A DNA stretch of 64,000 nucleotides from Tubulanus polymorphus (taxonomy: Eukaryota; Animalia; Nemertea): NCBI RefSeq assembly GCF_964204645.1, contig NC_134027.1, forward strand, positions 14,354,485-14,418,484, in the 5' to 3' direction. Each line of letters starts with the position of its first letter. Position 1 is the stretch's first letter. Shown here piece by piece: positions 26,815 through 38,974 of the stretch. The notes beneath the pieces are model-generated. The model worked only from the letters and a program-made list of their open reading frames with translations, did no database searches and was not told where the DNA came from. The position numbers and the translations under genes were made by a program.

Positions 26815-27697
26815 AGAGGGTATTGGAGGGCGTGATACGATCTGTGAGTCTCTGAAACAGACTTGAGCTTGCAATCTCTCTGTTCCAAAATGATGTCTCT
26901 TTTGGATGCAGCATTACCACTCAAGATGACTCCAACCTCCGGTGTTGTCGGTGCATTAAAGCGACGTGCGTGTTCCCCATCTGGTTTACGATCAGCATGT
27001 ATTAATATTTTACAATCAGGAGATGTGAATTTTTCAATAGCAGCTTTAAAAGAGTTGATATAAGTATTGCAGGTATGTAACATATCCTGTAAATTACGTA
27101 TTAGATTTATGCGCAAGTTAGGCTGCATGGAATGTCGAAGGTCACTCTGACTATCCATATTACTAACAAAGTAAATTTGCAGAAATTTCGGTGTTTCGTT
27201 GTTCCTTGGATACAATGAGCCAGCCAGATGATATACCTGCCCTTGGACCTTTAAGGTCGGCATAAATCCACTTTCACTAACGCGCGTACCTCCAATGATG
27301 TCATCTGAAACGTTGAATTGTATTTTCGAATATTGTTCAGATAGTGAGCGGAGAAGTTGGATTGTCTATTCAACAGAGTTCGAGGTAGCATCGGTGGATC
27401 AGGTTCATCTTGTAACTTAACTTTTCCAAGGGAGCAACACATTGAAGGATATTCATGTGGCCACTTTAATGCTTTACAATACTGGCATGGTGTAGCCATA
27501 CGTCCAATGTCACATTGAGGAATCTGATACTCTATGGAGGGGTCATATTTAATTGCAGCCAAGTGAAGGTTCTTGGCAGTCCATTTGATCTGAGGAGCAC
27601 TTAGTGAAGAATCCTGCAGAGTACTGGTATTCCGTTTCTGCCTGGCAACTCTGCATCTCTTTGTTGTTTTGCTGAGGCTGGACTTTTTTGGAGGCAT
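26815..27697 (-). pseudogene. Helitron RepHel, 5' part (zinc finger and N-terminal domain)
   Basis: CQYCKALKW...MCCSLGKV, NIRKYNS.FQMTS, KVQGQVYH, HARRFNAPT and HRSYHALQYP; joins LLFPHG at 20447 once the insert is removed. Confidence 0.9.
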
Positions 27698-29282
27698 TGT
27701 GTACACTAAAAACCTGAGATAATATGGAAAATAACTAAAATAAGTCATGTGTTTAAAAACTAAATCATGTTTCTATTCAAAGACTTTATAGAAACCAATT
27801 ACATAAAACACTGTGACAACTCCAATAGACATTCTGAACAAAGCATACATGTGATAGGCCTATACATTCTATGCATCGTCTATCATGATATACATTCTAT
27901 GCATCGTCTATCATGTTAGCAGCTTGTTGTTCTGTGACCATTTCTGGGCTAGGGTCCGGCATAGTTTCATTCTCCCTCGCTCCAGTATCTTGGGTCAGAT
28001 CAATCTTGGAAAGCTCCATATCGTCGGTGCTTGACATTTCAAATCTTTTTGCAAAGAGCAAAAAACCTTCATTTGTTAACGGGCTGGCAAAATGTTTTAT
28101 TTAACGTGGACGCCTCCTCAGTCCGATGCACAAAGATATGTATGTAAGCTTAAACTTACAGAACAATAAAGGGACTATTTGAATTTCTATTGGATAAAAC
28201 ATAGTTGCCACTTATCGGATAAAAATCCGGAAATTATTGCAAGTCAGAAAAAACCAATCTAATGAGAAATTTTAGGTCAAAGACAGTGAAAAAAAATCCG
28301 GAATTCCGGAAAAGTGGCAACTCAGAAAAAGGATCTTGTTCATGAAACTGGTGATAATGACACATTACCTTTGTGCTGATTGTTGTTCAGGATTTTGTGA
28401 ATACAGGTATACAGTACTTTCTAATCCCTGCGACAAACCTGAAATGAGAAAAAAGTGTTGGATAAATGTTTCTGGTGGTATAAATCACACGGTCGTTTCT
28501 ACAGAATGAGAATTTGTTGAGAACACAGTAGGCCCCTATGCCTGCTCAATCATACCAAGAACAACAAACCCGTATAGCCTACATAACACACTTATACGGA
28601 TGAATAAACTGCCTAAGGCTACACACTTACACAGAACAATAAGTATAATTTGAATTGGATTTATTGCATGGATGGATTAACTATTGTCTGTAAGTGTCCC
28701 TCAAGTTGTTCTAATTTCAATAAAACTGGTTTATGGGCTTACAAAAGGTTTTGGATGCTTCGTCACACTTTGAAAGTGCGACTTTTTTGAAAACGAAAGT
28801 GACTTAATTTCACTTCATGAATCCACCTTCCCTTTCGCTTTTTTGAATAGAATAGAAGTTGATTTAAAAGCATAGGGCTAGGCTACCCATACAACAACAA
28901 ATAGGCCCACGGAACAATTGGAATCGAAATTCAACTCCATTGAATGCTATAACTATTGGAAATGTATAATAATACGGGAAAAATACTCACTTAAAAAAAA
29001 ACACTGGACTGATGAACGTCGACTGCCAGCTGTAGGTACGAATTTCACATCCTCCCTCTGCAGGGACTCGAACCTGATGGCATCGCTACACTCAGCCACG
29101 GCACGAACCCCTGACATAAACGACCGTATGCGCAGATACATGTGCAGCTTTCCGAACGAAAACTGGCGGCACCAATCAGATTGCTCGTTGTATAATCACT
29201 TTGGCAATCAATTCCAATATGGATTCCGTTTCTGAGTAAATTCGAACTGCAAATATTTGAAGAAATCTGTCGTAGTTTCGGT

Positions 29283-30149
29283 TTGGAAAGTTTATCGAGT
29301 CATCAGATGTGGTGTTTGATAACTTTTTCACGCGATAGAAATGACGTTTTTGTATCAACGAAGACAGGGTCCGGCAAATCTCTATCTTATCAAGCCTTGC
29401 CACTCTTCGACTCTTTATTGAAGAAAAAACAACTATCGACCCGGCCTTCACCGTCGACAATAGTAATAATTGCATCTCCGTTAATCAGTATAATGGAAGA
29501 ACAGTGTAAATATCTAAAAAGTCTTGGGTTTTCTGCATCTTATATCGGACATGCAGAAGAAGAGAACCGGAAAATATTGCTCGGTGAATACCAGTTCGTG
29601 TTCTGTTGTCCGGAGACACTATTGGCAAAGAGTTGTTGTAGGAACATGGTTTCATCGGCGTTGTATTTAGAACGATTAATTGCTACGTATCGTTGTAGAT
29701 GAGGCACACACTGTCCTTGGACGGTAAGAAAATGTCACTCAGTCTTTTCTCTGTTGTTGTCTCTCTTAAACGAAGTCCGAAAATGTTCTTTTTTATTAGA
29801 ATTAGGCCTATTTATTTTCTTCTATATTTTGGCTCTCCAATATTTTCAGGGGCGATTCTAGTAAAACCGAAGCCTTCCGTGCATGGTTCAACCACATCGG
29901 TGAGCTACGGAGTCTTTCTCCAGGTAAGCTGAAGTAGTAGATTTTTATTGTCTATTCCTCGTTGCATTCTGTTAGGTTCTTTGACTTCGATTTAAATTTT
30001 TCAATACAGGTGTTCCGGTCATTGCCCTTACTGCAACCACCAGTAATAGAACTCGGCGACTGATAAGGAGAAATCTCTGTATCAATTCGAACGCTATTGA
30101 AATTGTTGATTCTCCGGACCGGGAAAACGTTAAACTTTCAGTTTTAAAG
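29283..30149 (+). pseudogene. RecQ-like SF2 helicase, intron-containing, truncated
   Basis: DVFVSTKTGSGKSLSYQ, SPLISIMEEQ and VVDEAH (frameshifted), then exons EAFRAWFNHIGELRS and VPVIALTAT...DSPDREN bounded by GT..AG introns. Confidence 0.85.
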
Positions 30150-30839
30150 GTAATTGACTTGATGTTTAAAATTGTTGCAGAGAATGAAAAATTTTAACAA
30201 AATAAGTTCTTACTGAAGTCTCTCAATCGATCACTTTGAAAATTTGGTGGTATTTGTAATATTTAATATGTTATGATAACTTTCTTTTACAGAGATCCTG
30301 CAAGGACCCGAACTCTGTTGTGTTTGGTTGGCTGGTGGATTGGATTCATGACCTTCAACATAATTGATCATATACTCATTTATAACGGACGGCAACTGAA
30401 TAAAAAAGTGGACCATTTAATAACGAAATACATAAAAAACTATACCGAATGTAGACGTGAACTGTTAAAATAAAATAAAAAATCAAACATCAAACCATAT
30501 ATATGCGATGAAGATGATATTTTGGACAATTGTGGAGTTTGGACATTTGATCAAGCCAATTATTGCTTACAATGCATTTCAGACATTTTCGACGAGTTAT
30601 AATACGTGGATTTTTATGTAAAGATTTTGTAATTTCGAATGCTCAAATAAATTATTTTGTTCTTTTTACATTATTGTTATAAACCTTATGTATTTAAGAA
30701 AGCCTGTTCAGCATTTCAATCATTATCATGTTTGTACGTCGTTTGGATCTAGGTTCCCCACGACTAACCCAATTGGATTGTTCATTCAACCTCACGAAGG
30801 GACCACGGCCTTTGACGTGTTGCCCGCACACACTGTAAG

Positions 30840-30912
30840 CAGCCAACAGGACTCAAACCCGCTTGATCATGAATGCAACGACATCACACCTTTTATCCCA
30901 CTGAGCTACCGA
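30840..30912 (-). repeat. tRNA-derived SINE head (degenerate)
   Basis: Minus strand has GGTAGCTCAGTGG (A box) and GGTTTGAGTCC (B box); no complete cloverleaf. Confidence 0.5.
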
Positions 30913-31528
30913 TTGAGATAAAGAAAATGAAATAAAGATGAAGAATTAAAATATGTTTAAAATATATCATCCACTTATATTACCGGCTTAAAGAAAGGAC
31001 AATATTATAAGACAAGCACGAACCAGAACTTGTTGCTGGGTCAATACGACAAGTTAACAAAGCATTCTCATAGTACACTATATACAGTGGAACATTGTTT
31101 CAACGAATTTCTAGGCACCAGAAAATGTGTCTTACCCATGATTAGTCGAAACATATTTCGTATTTAAGACAACATTTTAGGGTTGTAATAAATCATTATA
31201 TCTCTTGAGAAAGTTCTTTTAACGATTTTCTACTGAAGTAATAAGTGATTCAATGACAACAAATATACACACATTGCACATGAATAATACACATTCATTT
31301 AACCCTCTCCTATCGCAAATATAGTTTGTTTAATTCAAGTCATTAGTAATAGGGGTAATGGGCTTTCAGATCAAAGGTCGAACGGTCGAGCTCATTAAAA
31401 AACAAAACATTAAAAGTAATTTAAAACTATAATATATTTTCATAACCGTGTGTATTTTATATTATAACTAAATATTTATTCTAAGATATCAATAATTTAA
31501 AAAGCATATTGTATTAAATCAATTGGTC

Positions 31529-31942
31529 GCTCCACTTCGCTACCGCTCCGCTCCGCGACCAATTGATTTATCTACAATACACAAATTCATATAATCAAAT
31601 ATATTCAAATAATAATAATTATTCTATTGTTCAACTGAAATACACACGGTTATGAAAATATATTATAGTTTTAAATTACTTTTAATATTTGTTATTAATG
31701 AGCTCGACCATTCAACCTTTAACCCGAAAGCCCATTGCCCCTATTACTCTTAAAATATTCATATACATGAATAACATATAAATCATTGAACTTCTAAAAT
31801 CAATTTTAATAAAAAATTTAGTATTAAAATGGAAGCAAATAAGTACTACTGTCCAACATGTAATATCAATATAGATAAATCCCAAAAAGCAAGACACAAT
31901 AAAACTAAAACACATTTAGAGAATAAATTGAAACTAGAATAT
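31529..31942 (+). repeat. Left TIR of copy B (414 bp)
   Basis: Near-identical reverse complement of 50975-51388; includes the polB upstream region and first 38 codons. Confidence 0.93.
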
Positions 31943-32032
31943 TTACAGTTATATTCAGAACAGTTAACAAAGGCAAAGAAATTTATTGAATTATGGAATA
32001 ATGATCCAAATAATGAACAATACGTTGAGTAA
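31829..32032 (+). CDS. Chimeric 67-aa ORF: pPolB N-terminal zinc finger fused to the HNH C-terminal tail
   Basis: Residues 1-38 match the start of the 51088 ORF; the rest (LQLYSEQLTKAKKFIELWNNDPNNEQYVE) duplicates 33906-33995. Confidence 0.6.
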   Translation: MEANKYYCPTCNINIDKSQKARHNKTKTHLENKLKLEYLQLYSEQLTKAKKFIELWNNDPNNEQYVE

Positions 32033-32874
32033 TTTGATATCAAGGATCCGATGTTTATACTAGAACATGATTCTATTTGAACCTATATACATTCTATGTA
32101 AAGAGCTATGGAATAAATCTATAAATTCACAGCTGTTACAGCCGTTACTATGACGCCGAGACATTATGACTCATAATATTACAAACGTGTAGAGAAAATT
32201 CTAGAAAGGTGTGCTGGAACTCTGAATAGAGATGACACGTCATAATCAGAAACGTGTAGAATATTCTAGAAAAGGTGCGCCGGAACCAGATGACGTGGCA
32301 TAATCAACGACGTGTCATTCTAGAAATCGGCCCGGAAATGAACAGACGCTGTAATATTGTGCTCAGGATATTCTATCTATCGAAACGAAATTAGGAGTTT
32401 ATAGTTTACAATTATAAATCTAAATGTAAGTACTGTTTGTTGTAGTTATTAGGGCTATTAAATATGAAACCTTTAGATATATTTAAGTGTATTTAGTATA
32501 TCTTTTAGATGGCTAGAGTTGCCGCTAATATCTTTTAGATTAATAAAACGCCATACGCATCAAGAAGTGATAGAGAAACTCAAGATACTCTTTCTGACTG
32601 AGGAATCAACAGCAATGGATATCGAACCAATAGAAATTAGTACAAGAAACACAAGAATCGCCAAAAGATCGACGAAGAAACTATATAAGAATTTCAAAAA
32701 CATTAAGACTCCAATGATTAAGTTTAACATTTGTTGATGTTGTTAAATATTTACCGGCAATTGAAAAAATGTTTGTAATTATAAATTGTATTTATAGAAA
32801 TCAAATGATGTATTGGAAGAAACGGCCGAACAACTTGTATAATGTATTGTGTAAATCTGTTTGGTGAATTTTTA

Positions 32875-33225
32875 TGTTCGGTCGTTTCTATTCATTATGT
32901 AAATATAATTATGATTAGCGCATGCGCATTGATCAAAAGCGCGCACGAATGCGCGGTTTGCTCAGTGGTATGATTTAGATATTTCATGTCGGTTGTTTCT
33001 ATTTACGTAATGAATATATAATTAGGATTAACGCATGCGCATTAAGCAAAAGCGCGCATGAATGCGCGGTTTGCCTAATGCGAACACGTTTAGATATATC
33101 ATGTCGGTTGTTTCTATTTACATAATTATATATTCATTATGTAAATATAATTATGATTAACGCATGCGCATTCATCAAAAGCACGCATGAATACGCGGTT
33201 TGCTCAGTGGTATGATTTAGATATC
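32875..33225. repeat. Three ~115-bp tandem repeats with CGCATGCGCA cores
   Basis: Unit (ATGTCGGTTGTTTCTATT...GATTAACGCATGCGCATT...AAAAGCGCGCATGAATGCGCGGTTTGC...TTTAGATAT) repeated 3 times. Confidence 0.85.
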
Positions 33226-33341
33226 AAGGAATCGAAACAACTTATCAAAAGCAGCGAGGAATGAAAAAGGATGACGTTGGTCGAAGAAATGGAAGAGGAT
33301 TCTAAAATATTAACCGATTTAGTAAAAAATACGTATAATAA

Positions 33342-33995
33342 ATGGAACCAGAACAACCACAAATTATCAATATTACAAATAACACTGGTGTTATAAATAT
33401 ATATTACAAGAAGTGTTCTAAGTGTGAATTAGATAAATTAGCTTTAACAGAATTTAGTAAGCGTAAGATTAGCAAAGATGGTTTTCAATATTGCTGTAAA
33501 ACTTGCACTAAACTATATACTAAACAATATCGAGAAGATAATATAGAACATTATAATTATTTTATGGCAGAATATATGAGAGAAAGATATCAAACAGATC
33601 TTAATTTTAGATTGAAACAATGCTTAAGATCTAGATTAACACAATTATTCAACAAAGAAACACATTCAGAAACACTATCTAATTTATTGGGTTGTTCAGA
33701 TGAATTTCTCAAATCATGGATTATATTTCAATTCGATGATAAAATGAATATAGATAATTATGGGGATTATTACCATATTGATCATACGTTACCGATTTCT
33801 AAATTTAACATGAATGATGAATACAATAAAAAACTTATTTGGAATTGGAAGAATTTAAGACCTTTAGAAAAGAAGGAAAACATAATTAAATCTAATAAAC
33901 TAGATTGACAGTTATATTTAGAACAGTTAACAAAGGCAAAGAAATTTATTGATCAATGGAACAATGATCCAAATAATGAACAATACGTTGAGTAA
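33342..33995 (+). pseudogene. NCLDV-type HNH endonuclease, copy B (premature TGA at 33906-08)
   Basis: KKCSKC/CCKTC and HIDHTLPISKF...NLRPLEKKENIIKSNK; the frame continues past the TGA to ...NEQYVE*. Confidence 0.8.
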
Positions 33996-34319
33996 TTTGA
34001 TATCAAGGATCCGAAATGACTTATCTAGACAGTTATAATTACTGCTCCTAATAGATAAACAAAAGTAGTGAGATATCAAATAGATTTTAAATAAAAAGTA
34101 TTTAAAAAACAATAACTTCAACAAGCTTGTGAATTCTATTATATTTTTAATATTTTCTTTTCAAAAAAATACTTTATATCACAAATAAAAAATACTAAAA
34201 AAACAATAACTAATACTAAAATTCTTTACCTTTAACTAAGCTAGTATTAATCTAAAGAGATACTGGTATCATTTGAAGAATACTTATAATATTTTTTTTG
34301 CTTTTTTTCTCTAATATAA

Positions 34320-34922
34320 ATGTCAAAGAAATCTAATAAGAATAGTATTGATATTAAAAAAACATTAGATTATTTAGGTATTAGTGATAATAAAGATACA
34401 GTTGTTTCTAATTCTATTCAAGTTAATAACAATATAGATTAAGAATACTATTTATATTGTAAGCATCATCTAGAACTATTGATTGCCGGTGGAAAAACTA
34501 ATGAGTTTTTAAATAGAATCATTACTTTTCAAGAAATAGACTCTATGAAACCAGATAAAGTAATAAAATATTTTAAGATTTATGAAGAAGCTCGATTAGC
34601 TAGAATAAATGATTCTATTTCAGATGGTATTGTCAAATGTTATTCTAAGTTATGTAACCAGTTAATACCAATTGATGATGAAAATAAATTATATAGTGAT
34701 TTAAAAAATGACTACTTAGTTATAACTGAATTACAAAAATGGGTTGGTTATGCTTCATTCCAATTAGGATCGGTTATGACATTAATTTCTACTGGCGTCA
34801 TAACATTTTCGAACATCAAGCCTATGGAATATAAATCAGGCAAGAACGAAACAGATGTACTACAACCAAACGTCGAAACAGAAAATGAATCAGAACAAAA
34901 ATTAACTAAAATAAATGAGTGA
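34320..34922 (+). pseudogene. Ortholog of 5477-6067 with one in-frame stop near 34440
   Basis: TAAATG start at 34320 is in frame with ORF 34479-34922. Confidence 0.75.
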
Positions 34923-35283
34923 TGGAGTTAAGAAAAAGGCTAGATCCGAGAAACAAATTAAATGGGCAAGAGAATTAGGTAAAAGATCTTCAGAATTAAA
35001 AAAAGCTGAGAAAAAGAAATTAACTGATATAAATGAATCACAGACTTTATCTGATATTAATTCAAATAATAATCCATCTAATTCTTCTAATAGTGGAAGA
35101 AATAATTACTTATATATTACAATTGGGTTAATCACAATTATTATATTATCCGGCGTAATATATAAATCAAAATTCAAATCTGATGATAAAGATGATTCCA
35201 ATAACAATAAACCTATCATTCCAGAAAATAAGTCAAATCCTAAAACCATTGGAAATAACCCAAGATTATTATTAATGGATTAA
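34915..35283 (+). CDS. Small basic single-TM protein, copy B
   Basis: Ortholog of 5108-5467. Confidence 0.75.
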   Translation: MSDGVKKKARSEKQIKWARELGKRSSELKKAEKKKLTDINESQTLSDINSNNNPSNSSNSGRNNYLYITIGLITIIILSGVIYKSKFKSDDKDDSNNNKPIIPENKSNPKTIGNNPRLLLMD

Positions 35284-35289
35284 AAGAAG

Positions 35290-38138
35290 ATGAAAAAAGA
35301 ACAATATTTAAGAGATTTATATTATAACCCAGAAAGTGAAGTATCATATTCTAACGTTGCAGAATTATGGAATAAAATTAAATCTGATAATAGTGATGGT
35401 GCCGTACGGCACCCACATGGTGGTATAAAATATAGTGAATTAAAATCATGGTTACAAAATCAACCAACATATCAAATCCACAAGAAAATGGATAAAACTT
35501 ATTTAACAAGAAAAGTTATGGTTTCATATATTGATCAACAATGGCAAGCAGATTTAATTGACATGAAGAACTTAGAGGAATACAACAAAGGATATTTCTG
35601 GATATTAAATGTTATAGACATATTCAGTAGATACGCATGGTCAATTCCAATCAAAAATAAAACTGGAATAGAAGTAACAAATGCTTTTAAATCTATATTT
35701 AAATATATCGATGTGTTAGATGATTTAGTGAAAGGTTATAATAATTCTAAACATAGTTCTATAAATATGAAACCTATACAAGCTAGAAAAGAAGATAATT
35801 CGGAAATAGTTTGGAATAATTTATATGGGGCGTTTGTTACACACGATTTCGGTGAACCTAAATTTAAAATAGGACAACACGTAAGAATATCTAAATATCG
35901 AAAAACATTTTAAAAGGTTATACCCCAAATTTTACTGAAGAAATATTCAAGATTAAAAAGATAATATTAACTAAACCTTTTGTTTATAAATTAGAAGATC
36001 TAAAAGATGAACAAATATTAGGTTATTTCTATGAACAAGAATTATCACTTGTACCAAATCCAGATGAAATAGAATACAAAATAGAACCAGAAAGAAACTT
36101 TCCATGATGGGTTTCTGTGTAATTGTTTCTGTTTCATTCACCCAACTCGCTGTCAACAAGGTATATTTCTAAAAGGAAATATACTGCGACAGGTGGTTTT
36201 GCAAAGTCATTAAAAATCAAGATCCTATTGTATCTAAGGATACAATTATTCCGATTTTGGAGAGAGAGAAGTCATAAAGAATGAATAAATTAATGAAGAT
36301 TACAAAATCGGAAGTAACAAACGAACAGTTTAAAAGAGGAAGCACCCGTCGCGATAAAATGAAGATTTAAATATTACAAAATCATTATGAAAAACGAAAT
36401 GAAAAGAGACAAATGCTACCGTTGATAGTATTCACGTACAAATTGTAGAATGAGAATAGAAAATTTAATTGAATACAAGTTCCGAGAAGAGCAAAGAGAT
36501 TTAGACAATCAATTCGGCGGCTTGAAATAAAGAAACTGCTTAAAAAATGAATAAACTCGAATGCAAGATCTTTGCTTTCGAATAATTTGTTAATTACAAG
36601 GGTAGACCTAAGGTTCATATAAATCTATATTTTTGAATTTTGAAATCAGGGGATCTAAAAATAGTATTCATCATTACGGGACGTCGATTCAGAAATTAAT
36701 TTTTCAGGGAAGAGCCGATCAGCCTTCCAGAAAGGGAATGCGCATCATCCGTGAGTGTCGCAAAAAATTATCTCATTGCTAATTAAAGTTGAAAAATAAC
36801 ATGTACGTTGTTTTCTGAATACTAAAAGATTCTTGATTTTATTTGTGTTCTGTCTACTTAATTGCGGAAATCCGATGTATTTGCAGTACTGGGAACAATA
36901 AAGTATTGAATAAAGTAACAATTAAGTATATTTGATGAGTATCAATAAAGTATATTTGAACTTGAATTTGAGCCCACTAGGTGGTGGTATTGGAAGACAC
37001 CAGGTGGTTCGATCAACTTAATATGCTCCAGCGCCGTGGCGCTGTCGCAAAAAGGCGATTCTCGATATAAATAGTAATGGGTTTTCCCCGCGGGATACCC
37101 GCTTTGGGAAAGGCACCTGAATCGATGCTACGAGTTCGAATCCCAAAATGTAGACGTAATTTATTATTCTTTGAAATAAATTCTTAGAATTTCTATTTAT
37201 GATAGGATGTGCAGGTTTTGATTTAGTAATGATGTTAATAAAAGTTAACCTCTTAAGGTATTGTTTTCTATCTATTATTTGTGACGGATTAGTTTCGATG
37301 CTCCTCACAACCCGCCCCACCACGTGTCACTTATTCACGGACACGCGGATTGTATCATTTGTAATAGGCCTACCACATGAAAGAGTCAATGGCCTACCGT
37401 AGAATAGTAGGGCCTACCGATCACGCTATGTGCGATGAAAGTAGTGTTTGAATAAAACAAATTTTTAATGAAATAAACATTATTTATCATAATTAATCAA
37501 TAGATCAGGTGCCGCATAAATAATTGTTTGTTTCGTGAAATTCATACAAAACTTTGCGACTTCGTCATGTCTTGTGACCCTGAAAATACTAGAAGAATCA
37601 TCGGTAAGCTTATAAAACGGCGAGGTCAACATAGTAACAACAACTTCGGGGATTGAAAAAAAAAACTCGAAAGAATTATTTCTTATACTGATGAGTTATA
37701 CTGATGGGGAGTAGCGACCGTCATTGACACCGGTTATTTATCCATTCACTATCAAATGTGACGAGCCCAATAAATGATTGCGCATAGATTCGGCCTCTCA
37801 GCATTTAGCACAGCAGTTCCGAGAAGTGTTAAGACCGATCAGCGCGCGCGCTATCTAAAACCGGTGCTAGTACGATCAATATCTACAGGTATATACGTGT
37901 TCAGTATTACACAGCGAGTACCAGTATGTTGATCGAGCGTCGTCGTAGCAACGCGCTAGACAGCGGCTGGAACTAGCGAGTAACGTTAATTATCTTTTAA
38001 CCAAATTAGAGGACTTATAACCATCGGAATCAAATATAAACCAAGCTGCACCATCTACATCAAGTAGAGAATACCTGTGTGAAATTACAGAATTGTCGGT
38101 CCACCCAAACAGCTTAAATCGTGTCATAAACAAACATC

Positions 38139-38186
<48 letters not shown>

Positions 38187-38353
38187 TGACGACGATGCCA
38201 TAGATGGGTTCGTCTGACGACGAAACCCATCAAAAAGTATTGAAAACAAAAACTCTTAAAGGAAAAAAGTATTCTTTGGTGAAATATAAAGGATATGATG
38301 ATAAATTTAATGAATGGATTTTATCTAGTAAAATTAAAAGAATAAATGAATAA
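35290..38353 (+). pseudogene. rve integrase-chromodomain, copy B: catalytic core deleted, frameshifted and interrupted by a HINE
   Basis: Joins FKSIFK directly to YIDVLD, losing the QFDEGKEF and IERCN motifs present in copy A. The chromodomain is split at 36086/38232. Confidence 0.88.
36087..38231 (-). mobile_element. Non-autonomous Helentron-associated (DINE-1/HINE-like) element
   Basis: On the minus strand it is inserted in a T-run and shows a 5' hairpin GATGGGTTTCGTC..GACGAACCCATC, a (GTCT)n microsatellite (38142-38186), and a 3' subterminal IR GAAACCCATC followed by a short stem-loop; no TSD. Confidence 0.8.
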
Positions 38354-38957
38354 AGATTTATTTATATTTGAACCGCATAATATGTTAGTTACTGGAGTAA
38401 CCAATTGTGGTAAAACACATTTCATATTAGACTTGTTAGAAACTATTTATAAGAATCATTTTGATAATATAATATTATTCTGTCCTACTTATGAAATGAA
38501 TAAAACATATAATAGAGATATAGTTAAGATAAAAAAGTTTATTATATTAGATCCTAAAACAGTAAAAGAAAATTTAGATAATTGTATAAAAATAGCAATT
38601 GATACTTATAAAGGATCAAATACATTATTCATTGTAGATGATTGCGCAAATTTACATGATTCAAAAGTTAGAGAAAGTGAGTTATGTTATTTAGCTTTCT
38701 CTGGGAGACATTTTGGGATAACAACATGGGTTTTAAATCAAAAATATAATTCAATTGTTAAAGACTTTAGGGAGAATATAAGATTTCTAGTTTTATTTTA
38801 TAACAAAGATAAAAAATCTATGCAACAATCATTGGAAGAAAATCAAATTATACCTACTGAATTACATGATGAATATATGAATAAATTAAAGAATAATAAA
38901 GGTTCAAAATTATTACTGAGACTACAATTTCCCTATGAATATAAATTTATAAAATAA
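38346..38957 (+). CDS. A32-like packaging ATPase, copy B
   Basis: GVTNCGKT, LFIVDD and GRH motifs; intact. Confidence 0.9.
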   Translation: MNKDLFIFEPHNMLVTGVTNCGKTHFILDLLETIYKNHFDNIILFCPTYEMNKTYNRDIVKIKKFIILDPKTVKENLDNCIKIAIDTYKGSNTLFIVDDCANLHDSKVRESELCYLAFSGRHFGITTWVLNQKYNSIVKDFRENIRFLVLFYNKDKKSMQQSLEENQIIPTELHDEYMNKLKNNKGSKLLLRLQFPYEYKFIK

Positions 38958-38974
38958 CTATTTGTGTACCTATG

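Noticed and set aside
29283-30149. Host RecQ/WRN/BLM gene captured by the Helitron
   Set aside because: It is paired with a DUF6589-like transposase inside shared inverted repeats, which is better explained as the AcademH helicase.
8112-31345. Idea that copy A's TIR resumes at 31345 after one 23-kb insertion
   Set aside because: 31345 lies inside the Helitron, which lies inside a Gypsy that extends to 60575, so the nesting is incompatible with a simple insertion.
32875-33225. CRISPR-like array
   Set aside because: Whole units are repeated with no unique spacers, there are no cas genes, and the context is eukaryotic.
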